DNA from: Cyanidioschyzon merolae
Taxonomy: Eukaryota
Length of the DNA stretch: 64,000 nt
NCBI GenBank assembly: GCA_000091205.1
Contig: AP006495.2
Reading direction: 5' to 3' (one strand)
In this document: piece after piece, positions 21,958 to 34,500 of the stretch
Numbering within the stretch: the first letter of the stretch is position 1
How the letters are laid out: the number at the start of each line of letters is the position of its first letter
Made by a program: the position numbers and the translations under genes
Notes under the pieces: model-generated
The model's input: only the letters and a program-made list of their open reading frames with translations
Told to the model about the DNA's origin: nothing
Database searches by the model: none

Positions 21958-24090
21958 GTGTCTGCAACTGGCGAGTCTTGTGCGACTTACTCGCAACGCT
22001 CTCCAAAGATGCCCTCGCTGGTTTCTATTCCTGAACCGCAACGCACTGGGAGTGAAGCTTCGGATAAGGCGTGGTCCGCAACGAGCTCCCTGGTGGACTA
22101 CGTTTGTCGTCTGGATGAACGCAGCATCGACATGCTATTCACGGCCTGCGATTTGACGGTGTTCGGAATCCTCCGGGCTTTGCCTCCGCTTGCGAAAATT
22201 ATCTTGTTCCGTTTTCTCGCACTGAGCGACTATGTGCAAGAAATACCTGCACATATTGTGACTGCCTGGATCGCGGACCCTCGCACCGAGGAGCGCAACG
22301 ACCCCGTCTGGGGCCATACATCGAGAACTAGTGCCAAATCAACGTCTGCCTTCCCCGACTCGGAGCGCGAACGAAACCTAATCGTATCCCGTATCCTGCA
22401 CGTCCTTACCAGGCTGCGTTTTCTGCGCCGAACGGTGCAGGAGCAACCATCGAACGGCACATCCCAGGAGCTCGTGACCTATGCCTTACCACCAGCAATC
22501 CGTGAACATCTCCTGAGGTACCTCTGGGCAACCACAAATTCGCAAGAGAATCTCGAGGGGGCATGCACGCCCCGGAGAAGCAGTGCCAGCTCTGTTGATG
22601 CCTCAACACGCGCATCATGGATTCGCCTTCTCGAGCCGTTTCAGCGCATAGCGAACGCCAGCGATGGTCGAATACCAACAAGGCTCACAGCACCGCAACT
22701 CCGAGAGTACACTCGTCATGCATGGGAGCACGTTTTACACTTTGTGATTGGCATCCCCGTGGCGGAGCCTGAAATCAGGCAACCCACGGGTCCTGAACAC
22801 ACTCCAGAACACGTCATGGAGCCGCCGTCTGACGAAGTCATCGAAGCACTGCTGAGTTTGGGAGTCAGCGAGCAAGTCGGCTCCGATGGGATGCGCATCA
22901 CTGAACGAGGTTTCTCGTACCTTCTCCTCGATATTCATGCACAGTTGTGGGCCCTGCTCGAAGCATACATGGAAAACTGGGATGAAGCGCGTGGTGATCG
23001 TCTCGAACTCTTCGATCTGTTGTTCCGTCTGGGTTTCTCTGTGCCCGGACACATCTACGATGGCGGCGATCCGAGCCTGTCCGCAGCACAGTGCCGAATG
23101 CTCGGCTTTCTTGCGGAAATCGGCCTCGTATACCTCATGGAAACAGAGCAAAGCAGACAAGATGGCGACAACGATGAACAGCTCGTGATTCGCAGGCGCC
23201 GCCCGGGCCGGCCCCTGTACCTGCACGCCACGTCAACGAAAGACAGTCGTCGCAGCCCGGATGGACAGGCACGCTTCACATCGTCGCCGCTGCAACCACT
23301 TGGCAGCCTGATGGATGCCAACGACCGGGTGGCAACCAACATCAGTGCGGCTGTGCCCGGGAAAAACGATTTGACCTTCGATCGTCGGGTGGCTGCGCTC
23401 TTGAAGAAGCACTCGTCCAGGGTGCTGTTTTCGCCAACTCCGCTGGGTACACAGCTCATGATGGGGCCCGCCCTCGATCCTGTGGTCGCTCGTGAGCAGC
23501 CTGATGCAGTGCCCCGGCATGCTGAGATCCTCATCGAATCCGAACCTGTACTTGCAACTCCATCTGCAGGCAGGAGACCAAGCTTGGGGCGGTCCATCCT
23601 GAGCGGATCGCCATTCCAAATCATTGTGGAGACGAACTTCCGCCTATATGCCTATGCTGCTTCCTCGTTCCAGGTGGCATTGCTTTCGCTCTTCACGCGG
23701 ATCCTCTATCGCATGCCGGGCGTTGCCATTGGGGTCATCACGCGAGACTCAGTGCGACGCGCTCTCAAGTGCGGCATCACCGCCAAACAGCTGCTGCACT
23801 TTCTAGGTATCCATTCCATGGAGGGCAAAAGCGTCCCTTTTAACGTGCATGACCAAATCCTGCTCTGGGAATTGGAGCGCAAACGGATCCAGGCGTATCC
23901 TGGGGTCCTCCTGGAGGGCTTCGAGCCCACCTCCGACGGTCGCGCCTTTTTCGACCAACTCCAGGAGTACACGGTAGAACTTGGAGCCCAACAGTGGTGT
24001 GATCGAGTGCGCCAGTTGTTGGTTGCAGACGCGTCGTCCTTTGAAAGGCTACGAGAGTGGATTCGGAGGCAGGCGCAGACGCTTTCTTGA
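21958..24090 (+). CDS. GTF2H4: General transcription factor IIH subunit p52 (Tfb2 family)
   Basis: The C-terminal block HDQILLWELERKRIQAYPGVLLEGFEPTSDGRAFFDQLQEYTVELGA matches the p52 signature (VVDQIRLWELERDRL...). The 710-aa protein has N-terminal low-complexity extensions. Confidence 0.65.
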   Translation: MSATGESCATYSQRSPKMPSLVSIPEPQRTGSEASDKAWSATSSLVDYVCRLDERSIDMLFTACDLTVFGILRALPPLAKIILFRFLALSDYVQEIPAHIVTAWIADPRTEERNDPVWGHTSRTSAKSTSAFPDSERERNLIVSRILHVLTRLRFLRRTVQEQPSNGTSQELVTYALPPAIREHLLRYLWATTNSQENLEGACTPRRSSASSVDASTRASWIRLLEPFQRIANASDGRIPTRLTAPQLREYTRHAWEHVLHFVIGIPVAEPEIRQPTGPEHTPEHVMEPPSDEVIEALLSLGVSEQVGSDGMRITERGFSYLLLDIHAQLWALLEAYMENWDEARGDRLELFDLLFRLGFSVPGHIYDGGDPSLSAAQCRMLGFLAEIGLVYLMETEQSRQDGDNDEQLVIRRRRPGRPLYLHATSTKDSRRSPDGQARFTSSPLQPLGSLMDANDRVATNISAAVPGKNDLTFDRRVAALLKKHSSRVLFSPTPLGTQLMMGPALDPVVAREQPDAVPRHAEILIESEPVLATPSAGRRPSLGRSILSGSPFQIIVETNFRLYAYAASSFQVALLSLFTRILYRMPGVAIGVITRDSVRRALKCGITAKQLLHFLGIHSMEGKSVPFNVHDQILLWELERKRIQAYPGVLLEGFEPTSDGRAFFDQLQEYTVELGAQQWCDRVRQLLVADASSFERLREWIRRQAQTLS

Positions 24091-24327
24091 AACAGCGTCT
24101 TTCGGCTGCCGATTATTTGATCCGCGCCTCTGTTCCTGCCTGGTGCAAGCAGGTCGACGTAACCGACTGGATGCACAGATGCGGAACCCAGCGAGCGACG
24201 CGGGTGTCTTGCAGCGCCCGGCCGTTGCTCAGACAAGATGATCGGCAGCGGGGCGTACTCGAGCGCCAGTGTACAGCTATTGCAAGCGCAGGTTCTGCGG
24301 GAAAGTATGGGTCATGGCGGGCGGTAC

Positions 24328-24520
24328 CTGGACGCAGAGCGCTGACTGAAGGTCATTTTCTGTGTTGCCGATATCCTCCCGCGCACTCGGGATGCTCCTG
24401 TCAGTGTCGAGGTTCACTGGTGGAACCTGGATGTCGAACGCTGAATGAAGGGCGTTCTCCCAGTTGCCGATATCCTATCGCGCGCACTCGGGACTCTCTT
24501 GTCAGTGTTAATGTTCTGTC
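24328..24520. repeat. Tandem duplication, about 95 bp x 2 (about 80 % identity)
   Basis: ACCTGGACGCAGAGCGCTGACTGAAGG...GTTGCCGATATCCTCCCGCGCACTCGGGATGCTCCTGTCAGTGTCGAGG is followed by a diverged second unit ACCTGGATGTCGAACGCTGAATGAAGG...GTTGCCGATATCCTATCGCGCGCACTCGGGACTCTCTTGTCAGTGTTAATG. It lies 3' of the TFIIH p52 gene. Confidence 0.6.
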
Positions 24521-25064
24521 GAGAAAAACGTCGCGAGTGCAGTGCTTGAACTCAGCAATCCTTGGTGTGGCCTTGTCTTGGATGCACACGGTTAGCGCAG
24601 CCTGCGTCGCGCCTCCTATCTCCAGTACTTAGCGTACGGGCGCAGTCTGCATGATCGTTGAACAGTTGTGCTCGGCGTAATGTCGTCGCCGCAGAAATAC
24701 ACGCGGTACAGCGGGTCTGATTCGTAGAACATAGGCCGCAGAAGAATCGCCTGCAGGAGGTCAAGCATCCAGCGTTTCGTCTCATGAAATCACCGATCGG
24801 TTGACTCGTGACCCCTTCGGGCTTCCTGTGATCCGGTGCTGGTACTATGACGGAACGTGTGCGGAAGCGGTGACGCTGAGGCCTCGACAACCCCAAGCGT
24901 CTGTGTACCCGGGCGAGTCGGGCAAGTTCCATCAAGCAAGTATCATGATAATAGAGTTGCACGGGCACGCTCCAGTGCCGCCGCTTCCGTTGCGCGAAAC
25001 ATCAGCCTATATCCATGTAAGCATATCATCGAACGGCTCCATCCGGCTAACTCGTATGTACTCT

Positions 25065-26314
25065 CTAAACATAAGGTATCGTTTTACGGTTGTCAACACC
25101 AGGCTGTGCGGGCTTGTTCTTCGACTGCTTCGTTTCCCCGTCCGGTATCTGCGGCTTGAAGCGCGCTGGCCGCCAATATCCCCGGAACTCCGTGGCCAGC
25201 AGTTGACAGAGGTTGATGGCAGCGTCCAAGTCCCGATGATATTGCTTTACGCTGTTTCCAACGTATGTCATGCACACGGGATAGTCACGCGCTACGCTGG
25301 GCTTGACATTTTCACCATTTTGTTTGTGTAAAGCATTGGTGCGCCCGTCGCAGTGGTTGCACTTGACACTGGCCAGGTGTTCTCGCGTGTCGACCACAGC
25401 GCTCCCGGCGAGCGGCGCCTTGTCGTGCTTCAATACAAGCTTCATTGCCTGGAAGATACCCATAAAGGTACAGAGGGCTCCTGCGGATGACTTCTTCCGT
25501 TTCTGTGCCAAGAGTCCTGACGTGTGACCATGAGGTTTTTCTCCGCGTTCCGATCGGCGAGTTCCGTGCCCGCTGCGTATGTAACTGGACGATGTTCCGT
25601 TCTACAAAGGATTCGTGGAGCGCGGTTTCGTCCATGATGAAATTAGCACGCTATGGAGAATCCAGACTGGGATACAAGTCGAGATATCTCGATCCGTCTA
25701 CGCTCGCCCTGGGGCTAGCGGCAACTCATGATCGAGTCCAATGCCCCACTTTCCATGCAAACAGAAGCGAAAATGGAGCCCCAGAACGCATATCCCACGA
25801 GAGGTATCCCGCTTCTGTCGGATATCGTTTCTTTGCTGTTTACAAAGAGAGTAGATTTTGTGTTTCGAACGGAATCGAACAATTTTGCGTGAGCGATTCC
25901 AAGTACTTTTGGTATGAGCTCGTGAACAAGTCGTCAAAGGACGATGACGACGATCTTTTCTTGTCGTGGATCCAGCAGCGCGAAGCGTTGCGTGCACGAG
26001 TTGCGTCGGGACCGGAAGATCGAAACCTTGAAGAATGCGAGATTTGAGCATGCTCCACGGAAGCAATGGAGAAGCGCGGAGGCTGGTTCGTATGAAATGG
26101 ATAACGGTTTCAGATATCTTACGAACCCGTGTCGGATGACTTTGCAAATCATCTTGATTCCGGTGACGAAACGAATTCCATAGCCAAAGCATCGAAGGAG
26201 ATTCTCCGAGACCATGCCCAGAAATCCCAAAACTCCGTATGAATCCAAACGCCCCTCTTTCTGCACCTGGAATCTCGAGGCTATGCGTCTAAACAAGCTC
26301 GCAAACAATCGCAA
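25065..26314 (-). pseudogene. TnpB/Fanzor2-like RuvC nuclease relic (C-terminal half recognisable; upstream part split across at least 3 frames)
   Basis: In-frame minus-strand translation gives ...LKHDKAPLAGSAVVDTREHLASVKCNHCDG...RDYPVCMTYVGNSVKQYHRDLDAAINL. This has the TnpB layout: VV.Vd..yTSq.C..CG, a zinc knuckle, then the RuvC-III H/D-RD-x-NAA-x-NI motif. The frame is closed by a stop about 30 codons upstream of the motif region. Further minus-strand ORF pieces (25312-25635, 25698-26192, 25934-26314) continue about 1.3 kb in total, a TnpB-like size. Confidence 0.5.
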
Positions 26315-26799
26315 GGCAGGGGCAGATCTAACACTTCATAATTCCATTTTTATCTGGCACGGATCATGTGCGCATGAAACCTGGAATCACGCCATGGTCG
26401 ACAGACGGCACGTTCGTCGTCTCCTAGAGAGCGGCTCGTTCACCATAGTGCTTGTCGAAGACCGCTGTTATTTGGATGAGAAGCGCGTCCAGTAACGCTT
26501 TGCGCAGATGCTATGACGCTGGGCACCTGCACAGCATCAAGAAACTATTCTGTGCATATCGTCCCAGTCGCTGTGAATGCTCGATGCGCACTATCCGTCG
26601 TGAGATATGCGTGAAAAAAGGGACCTCGAGGGAAGCGCAACGATCCGTTATCGGGTACGTTGCTGTGTACTTTGGGTCCGCCAAGGCATGCACCAGCATC
26701 CGCAGTGCCCCGTACAACTGCGATGCCTCTCATGGGAGAGTGATGCGTCTGCCGCGGCTCGCCTGCAAACAGGTTGCCGCAAAGTCATTTTGACCCTCC

Positions 26800-28173
26800 T
26801 CAGTCTCGGTAGATGATGGCGTCGCGGCCGGGTCCGACGCCAATGAACCGCACTGGAACGCCAACCAGCTCTTCGATGCGCTTGACATAGGCCTGGGCGT
26901 TTCGTGGCAAGTCGGCAAAGTCGCGTATCTCAGAAAGCGATTGCTCGTGCCAGCCGGGCATCTGCTCGTATTCGACTTCGCATTCAGCGAGCTCTCGCAG
27001 CGAGGCTGGCATGCCCTGCAATTTTTTTCCGCGATACCAGTACTGGACACCGATCTGGATCTCATGAAAACAACTGAGCACATCGAGTTTCGTTAAACAG
27101 AGCGCCGTGAAACCATTCAAGCGGCAAGTATAACGCAGGAGGAAGGTGTCAAGCCAACCGCAGCGGCGCGGTCGCTGCGTCGTCGTCCCGTACTCTTGAC
27201 CAAGCTGTTGAAGCTGAATTCCGCGGGCGTCCAGTAACTCCGTTGGAAATGGCCCAGCACCGACCCGCGTCGTGTACGCTTTCACAACGCCAATGACCTG
27301 CCGAATGTATGCGAGAGGAATCCCGAGGCCGGTCAGGCAGCCGCCGATCGTGCAGTTGCTCGAGGTCACATAGGGATACGTACCAAAATCGATATCCAAC
27401 ATTGCAGCGTTTGCCCCCTCAACGAGTATCGAGTGTTGGCCATTTGCGAGCATGTCGTAGAGCAAAGTAAACGAGTCTCCGATCATCGGCTCAAGACGTC
27501 GCGCGTACTCGTAGTAACGAGCCACTTCAGCGCGAACATCGTAGTGTTTAAGCGCCTGCTCCGCTGCCGAGCCGAAACGCTTTCGCAAGTCTTCCACTGC
27601 CGATTGTATGTGAGCCTCAAATTCGATACCTCGAAATTCCCGAAGGTCTGCGATTCGCAGGTTTCTGCGATATGCTTTGTCCGCATAACAGGGACCTATT
27701 CCGCGTCGGGTCGTGCCTATACTGCCACCGGCAGTTCCCGCTCGCTCCGTCTCTAGCAGACCATCTGCAATCTGATGGTAATCAAAGAGGATGTGCGCTC
27801 GATCGCTAACGCAAACTCTAGCGGAGACGTTCGGTACGCCCTGCTTCTCTAATTGGTCGATTTCCGCGAACAGGGTCGGCAAGTGCACCACCACTCCGTT
27901 TCCAATGACCACGAGGACTTTGGGGTTTAATATCCCGCTTGGCAACAAATGCAAAGCGTACTTGGTACCATTCACGACGATGGTATGTCCGGCGTTGCTG
28001 CCTCCCTGACAACGGGCGACAACGTCAGCGCGCTGGGCCAGAAGGTCCACCAGTTTGCCCTTGCCCTCGTCGCCCCACTGTGCCCCGAGCACGACGGTGG
28101 CGCCACCTGGTAAATCCGAAGCCATTCGACCACGCGCTTGGGCATGCACAGAGCCAGGAGACCTGGACCACAC
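26800..28173 (-). CDS. ADSS: Adenylosuccinate synthetase (AdSS/PurA)
   Basis: Motifs [11 protein letters not shown] (P-loop), [25 protein letters not shown] and [10 protein letters not shown] are present. It is full length; the likely true start is Met at MASDLPGG. Confidence 0.85.
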   Translation of the reverse strand: MWSRSPGSVHAQARGRMASDLPGGATVVLGAQWGDEGKGKLVDLLAQRADVVARCQGGSNAGHTIVVNGTKYALHLLPSGILNPKVLVVIGNGVVVHLPTLFAEIDQLEKQGVPNVSARVCVSDRAHILFDYHQIADGLLETERAGTAGGSIGTTRRGIGPCYADKAYRRNLRIADLREFRGIEFEAHIQSAVEDLRKRFGSAAEQALKHYDVRAEVARYYEYARRLEPMIGDSFTLLYDMLANGQHSILVEGANAAMLDIDFGTYPYVTSSNCTIGGCLTGLGIPLAYIRQVIGVVKAYTTRVGAGPFPTELLDARGIQLQQLGQEYGTTTQRPRRCGWLDTFLLRYTCRLNGFTALCLTKLDVLSCFHEIQIGVQYWYRGKKLQGMPASLRELAECEVEYEQMPGWHEQSLSEIRDFADLPRNAQAYVKRIEELVGVPVRFIGVGPGRDAIIYRD

Positions 28174-30094
28174 GGGTGCTCCCTGGCGTAAAGTCGAAAC
28201 ACAGATATTGTGTCACTGGTACGAGGCCGTAGCTTATATGTCGCTGGGTATGCTTCGGAAGCCGGCGGCTGCGTGTCGCGTTGGACGTCGTTGTTCATCA
28301 TGGACAATATTGGTCAATACGGCCGTTGAAGGAGCGGCTTTCCCATACGCGAAATACGCCTCTATACCCATTGTATGCAGCATTCAAATCATGAATAAAA
28401 CTAGCCAATACGCTCACTGGATGAGCGGCCTGTCAATGGACGATACGCGCCAATACGCCTACGGAATGCACATGGTCAATTAGGAACAGAACTAGATCAT
28501 ACGCCCATGCAAAGAGCGATGCAGAACTGGCGCCACGACGATGCGACGGATCCGCCGCCCAAGCGTCCAACCTAGGGCAGGTGCGACTGTGCCCTCGAGC
28601 ATCGAGCCGGCCTACTTCGCCCGTGGCAACTCTCAAACGGGATTTCAAACCGATTATACCGCTGATTCCTGTTGCTATCGCACATTCGGGAACCACTGTC
28701 AGGATCATGAATCATGCATGAAAATATTGCGCTGGATCCGAACCGGCAGGGAAGCCCTGCATGAGCTTTTCCGCAGTCTCTGCATCTACATGCCCGAAAG
28801 GCACCTTGGACGAAGGAATCGGGAGAGCTCCTTGCCAGTATGCGCCTTTCGGGAACGTTCGTTCGCAGGTACCACGGCCTGCGTGTGCGCCTCATGATCC
28901 TGTCTGTGGTGAATGCCTGCGCTTGGACCCGCATCCGCAGTTGCCGAGACCATTGCGTTCGTCCATGCACGCATCGAACTGGCATCGCTTTCACTGGACG
29001 ATGGACAGGCAGTACGTTCCAGTGAACGACATGCTCAATGATGATTGCGATCGGGTGCACGCGGCGCGCCAACGGCACATCTCCATACACACCCCATCGA
29101 GTGCCGAGCCCGGCGAGCGCACTCGCGATCATACCAGTAACGTCAGGCGCTGCGGCAGCGAAACGACGCCCCAGGTCGTGACTTGGCGCACGCCCTGGTG
29201 CGTGCGTCACCCGTAGCGGCGCTATTCGTGTGTCATCGTAGGCGCTTACGGTAGGCTTGGCATTCCCAGTATCATAGAAACGAACCACTAAAACCGAAAA
29301 ACGGAATACGTAGTGCTTCATGGATCTTGAACGAGCTGAAATGCAGAACCATGGTTGCTTCCTCGAATGCGTATCGTGATCGTGGCAACAGGGATCCTCG
29401 GTTCATGCGAGAACGTTCCTGCAGCGACCGAAAAACTCCGGGACACTGCTCGGTGCACCGTGCAGTGTTCCGACTGCAGCGCCTGCGCTCCTGCCGGAAG
29501 CAAGCCTGGGTGCTGGTGTTTGCCGGAATCCCGAGCTCGAATACGGCACGACGGATGCTTCCCCTGATGCCAATAGCCATCGGGTACCTGAGGATCCCTG
29601 GTTCGATACAACGATAACATTTCATTCGAGAAAACTTGAGCGCCTGGCGCACACTGGCACTCTGCCTGGCGGGATCCGCACGACAAGCGGAGCAACTGTA
29701 TCGGTGCTGGAAGCGCCCATCGACCCGGCATGATCCCAAGCCGGTGACTTTGCAAGCGGACGAGCTGCTTCGCTCAGGCCTGCAAGATTGGAAACCATGC
29801 AGCCGCGGACATAGAACGTTGATAGGCATTCAGTCGCCCCGGTCCGAGGTTGATCTACTAAAAACTCGTTTCCTCATCAAAGAAATCACCCAAATATATT
29901 CCTTGACGCGTGGACGTTTCGGTTTCCGACGGATACGCTACACTGGAGACAAGCGTTCGACCGATGGGTCCCGCAGGCGCGCCACCGGTATCGCCGCCTC
30001 CAGCGCTCAGCAGCAGCGCTGCACTAGAAGCAGAGCTGCAGAGCGACAGCATCGCTCTGTTTGCGCTTTTCCTGTAGCGTGCTCGTCGTCCGGT

Positions 30095-30487
30095 ATGAAC
30101 CGAAACGATCAAGCAGTCGCACAAGTGGCAGCACTCAAAAACCTAATCGAACAAGTACGAAGTAAAGAGGATCAATGGACAAAGCAAGTTGCACGAAAAC
30201 GGTCGTTGTTGGCACAGCTACAAGAGAACGAGTTCGTGCGAGAGGAGCTGACGCTCGTCGAGCGCGACCCCGGTGCGCGACTCTACAAACTCCACGGCCC
30301 GTGTCTTTTACCAAAGCGGCGAGCCGACGTTGCTGACAACGTGAAGCAACGCCAGGACCTGTTGCTCGGCGAGATAAGACGGGTAGATGGCGTGATCTCG
30401 AACCTTGAGCGCGAACTGCAGGAACTGCAGCAACGCTTGCGGGAAGCCCAGCGTCAGCTGACCACGCCAGCGACAACAACAGCCTAA
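30095..30487 (+). CDS. Prefoldin beta-type subunit (PFDN6/PFDN1-like), ~130 aa
   Basis: ATG at 30095; the sequence MNRNDQAVAQVAALKNLIEQ...EFVREELTLVERDPGARLYKLHGPCLLPKRRADVADNVKQRQDLLLGEIRRVDGVISNLERELQELQQRL has the beta-hairpin plus coiled-coil layout and a YK-LiGPvLv core like prefoldin 6. The in-frame upstream stretch 29636-30094 is low-complexity and probably not coding. Confidence 0.5.
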   Translation: MNRNDQAVAQVAALKNLIEQVRSKEDQWTKQVARKRSLLAQLQENEFVREELTLVERDPGARLYKLHGPCLLPKRRADVADNVKQRQDLLLGEIRRVDGVISNLERELQELQQRLREAQRQLTTPATTTA

Positions 30488-31518
30488 GTTTTGCCCAGTC
30501 GATCCCGGGGGAAGTGAGGTACACGCTTGTTTTACGTCGCCTGGGTACTACCTGGGGTACTGTCACCAGCGGCGGTGACGGTTAGTGCGCTCGCTGCGAA
30601 GCGCTCTTCGTTGTGCAAGGCCCATGTGCCGTAGTCGGTACTTGAGCTATGCGGAGCTCACATGCTCCAATGCCCCCGTATCGATTCCATGTCGTCTACA
30701 GAGCCGAATGCCTATCGCGTATTCCCAGGGAGAGCAAGTCCACCGAGGCATGCCCCCTCGTTTTCTGCGATGTATCGACCTGGGGATCCGTTGCCTTCCT
30801 TCAGACTCCGCGTGCTCATGTTCAAAAACAGCACGTACGGAGCATGGTGACACCAGCAGCTGTGCCTCTGCGACGTATTCAGGGCTCGAGGACGACTGAG
30901 CACCGCGGTTGCGTGCATCAACAGGATGCACACGATATTCGCGGGGAGGACGCATCCAGTCCCATGCACCCCATGAACAGCTGCCACGACAGCTGCAATC
31001 CAAGTCATCAGTGTCGTCCAGATAGGTTTCCATTCAGCGCTGTGAGTGGAGGATGCATGGAAGCGCGCCCTGTTTCTCGCTGGCGTGCAAGCGGCCTATG
31101 CACGACAACTGCAGCACGTGTCGATAAGGTTACAGGGGTACAAGCGCTTTCGCTCGCAAAGCGCCGGTCTCCAGTGGGCGTCTGTTTTCTTTTTTGGTCG
31201 ACGTAACATTCATACTGACCGAGGATGCCCGTCTACTGGATGATTACCGGTATGCAGGAAAGCATACCGCGTTACTGTCACGTTCTTTTTTATCGACGGA
31301 AAGCGTACACTGACCAGGGATCCTCGTCTTCCCGATATTTATCGGTACCTGATTCCCGTTGGAATTTCGTGCCACGGTTGCCGCACTCTCTGCTGCAGAG
31401 CGAAAGGAAAGCACGGCGTTTCGCTTCCACAAGACTGTACACGACGCGAATCGATGTACTCGCAAAACTTGCACGATAAACAGACGCCAGCTTATTTCAA
31501 GTTGTACAACGGTGCTCT

Positions 31519-34500
31519 CTAGTACGTCTCCAGTACTGGATACAGATTTGCATTCTCGTGTACGTCCGGGAGCACAGGAGAGATCAAGTCGCTCTGCTGC
31601 AAAATGCGACAGAGCTCTACGAGCGTTCGCGGCCGCTGCGACCCCAGTAGTTGCCGCAGCAATCCGAGTTTTCCTTCAGCTGCGCCTGCAATCACAACGA
31701 GATCTAGTTTTTCACAAACGGAATCGTCCCAACGTCTCTGTGAGGCACGATCTAGATAGATATTCGACGCCGTCGTGTTCCATACAGTCTCGGGCGATGC
31801 ACCATCGCTCGGTTTTGCATAGAGACCCAACATGACCAGCGGCGGCAGGTTTGTATGTGCAGCAGCTGAAGAACGGATGCGCTGGATCAGGCCTTCGAGG
31901 CGCGTAAACCAGCCATCCGGAAACGCTAGCGCATACTCGGCAAAGAGAGGTCGCTGGTGCTGTAGGAATATGAGAATCTTCTCCGATGCAATCGGAGTCG
32001 ATGGACTCCTCACAACGGCTTCGACACACGCCGCAGCATCCGGGTGCATGCTCATGACCTGATGATGGGCAATCGGCCCTGAATCGTCACCCACAAAGTA
32101 GATATGCTCCAGGCGGTCTAGTGTGGTCGCACCGTCAGCCCATGCCGCCGCCAGAAGCGACGACAGTGAAGCGTAGCGAGCTATCGGCCGCGATACGATT
32201 TCCTCCGTCTCCGTCGCGGGATCATCCATTACGACCAACTCAAACCTGACGGGTTGCTTGGGCGCTCGCTCTACTCGGTTCAAGTCCGAGGCGGTGACCA
32301 GAGGCGGGCTCCGTTTGGTCCCGCTCCATACGTGGGAACGGACAGCTTGTACAGTGGTTCCGGTGGCGAGCCGCTCCAGCGAGTATACCAGCTCGCACGG
32401 CGTCCAGGTTCGCGAGCGATGTAAACCGGCCCCGAGACCCGTCGACGCACAGCCGCTGTGCTCAAAAGCAGAGCGTGCCAGTCCGAAAAATGGAAAGTCC
32501 AAGTCATGCAGATGAAGATCGTACTTGGGGATCAGGAACGGATCCTGCGTCTGCGTGATACCGCGCAGATAGTGTTCGACCATCCGACGACGTGTCCCCG
32601 CTGGATAGACCAAAGCTTGGGTTCCATAGATCCGCGAGTGTTCTAAGAACGCGTACGGCCATCCCAGCCGCGGGTCATGCCATTTCTCCGGTACATAGAG
32701 CTGCGCAGCGTAGCTCGTATTCGGCGGGAAGGAGTATCTCCGGTTCGGCGCCTGTGCCAAACTGTCCAGATCGTGCTCAATGGAGCGCAGCGTGTGAAGC
32801 ATATTCACCCAGGCGTCGTCGGCAGCTTTGACATCATCCTCTAGTAGGACCAGGTCGCGCTCTGGTGATGCAAAAAGATCAAGTCCTCGTAGAGCAGCAT
32901 AGTAGTTCACGGTACCGATTGCGTGCCGGCTTTGCTGAATACGCTCGAGCGGCATTGCCCCCGACGTTTCAAGATGATCCCGAAACGCCTCATCCCATCG
33001 ATGAATGTTGATTCTCGTGGGATTGTGGCGGAACACGCGCAGATACTCGTCATCGGGCGGGTAGTTGCTTGCAAACAAGTGCAGTTTGTCGATGAACTCG
33101 TGTTCCGGAGAGAGGCTCGGCATCCCCGCTGCATCAACAGATAAAGCAGCAGCAGAAGCAGCAGCAGCAGTCGGCATGTACACCGGATCGCGCCAAAAGC
33201 TCAGGATCACGGAAGCCACGGTGGCGTACACGCCTCCACAGGTGACGTTCCGCAGTGGGCACGGAAGCAGTTTCCGTTGCGTCTCGGTATCGAGACAGAG
33301 TTCATGGCTCAGCGCTGTGTAGATGCGTTGCCCGTCCCGGTTCCAGACTTGGTGCTGACCATCCGGATCATCATGCTTCGACTCGCACGGCAGCAGGTCT
33401 ACCGTGCGGTCCGCGAGGCTCGTCACCGAGAGACAGAGCGTTCGGTTCTTTCGTTCAACCTTGGTTTCTACATAGTGTCCGGCAAGCGTCTGATGCTGGG
33501 ATGAAACATTTGATGCCGGTGCTGGGTACCGAATCGTTCGGTCTTTCGGATCCACTGGGGGCATGCGCTCCGGCGGAAAGCGAGTTCGCTGGAGATCCTC
33601 AGGCGTGTACCGTGACAGCGGTACATAGCGCCGCACGGTTACCATGCCAATGGTGGATCGATGACGCTCCCGAAACGCCGGTGAGATAGCGGCCAATACA
33701 TCCAGTCGGGGGGCGTCCAGTGCCAGCAACAGCGCTTTCGTGGAGCGCCCAGTTCTCGACTCGAGCCGCACCGTCTGCGCTCCAAGTGGCCAAGGCAACA
33801 CTTCAGGAACCTCCTTGAACGCACTGGGTAAATTTGCGGATGCGACATTGTTCGACCGCTTGTTGCGCAGGCTCTTGGCTCGCAGGCGATCCAGTCGAAG
33901 GAGCGGTGCTTGCAGTTCCAGACGGATCTGACCGGCAGAGAGGGTTCCTTTTTCCCGTTCATCCCAAACGATGCAGTTCTCCAGGCCTAGCACAAGTTGC
34001 CACGTTTTGGTATCGACGCCAAGGCACTCACCGGATCCGACACGCCGCCAGATGCTTTCCTGTGGGCTCGAGCGCAACGAGTGACGCCACAGCTCCAACG
34101 ACTCGTACTCAGAACTCGTTTCAGCAAGTTCCTCGCTTGTGGTCACTTTTTCCTCGTCAGCAGGACAGACTCGCACGTAAACTGGTTGCGGAGCTGCGTT
34201 CGCTGTAGAAGTGTCCGTTTTCCGTACAGCGAAACAGCCTTGAAAGAGCTCCTGCACCTGCCCACGCTTGTCGTGAAAACGAGCAATCACGACTCCCAAG
34301 GAGCCGGTTGTTGGAAGCACCTCTATAAGGTGACCCGTATGACCCGGCCGCACAAGGTTATTCAGTTTTCCCACGACCCGTAGCTTTTCGGGTTCAGTGG
34401 AACCGGGAGAAGCCCGCAGCGGACCTCGCCCAAGCCACCTGCTCAGTAGCAGAACCAGCACCAGTAAAAACCCGCCAGCAAGTAACCGCTTGCGAATTAT

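Noticed and set aside
29636-30094. Upstream in-frame extension of the prefoldin ORF (track start at 29636)
   Set aside because: The extension is Arg/Ala/Ser low-complexity with no homology, and the prefoldin fold is complete from the ATG at 30095. The track start is an alternative-start artefact.
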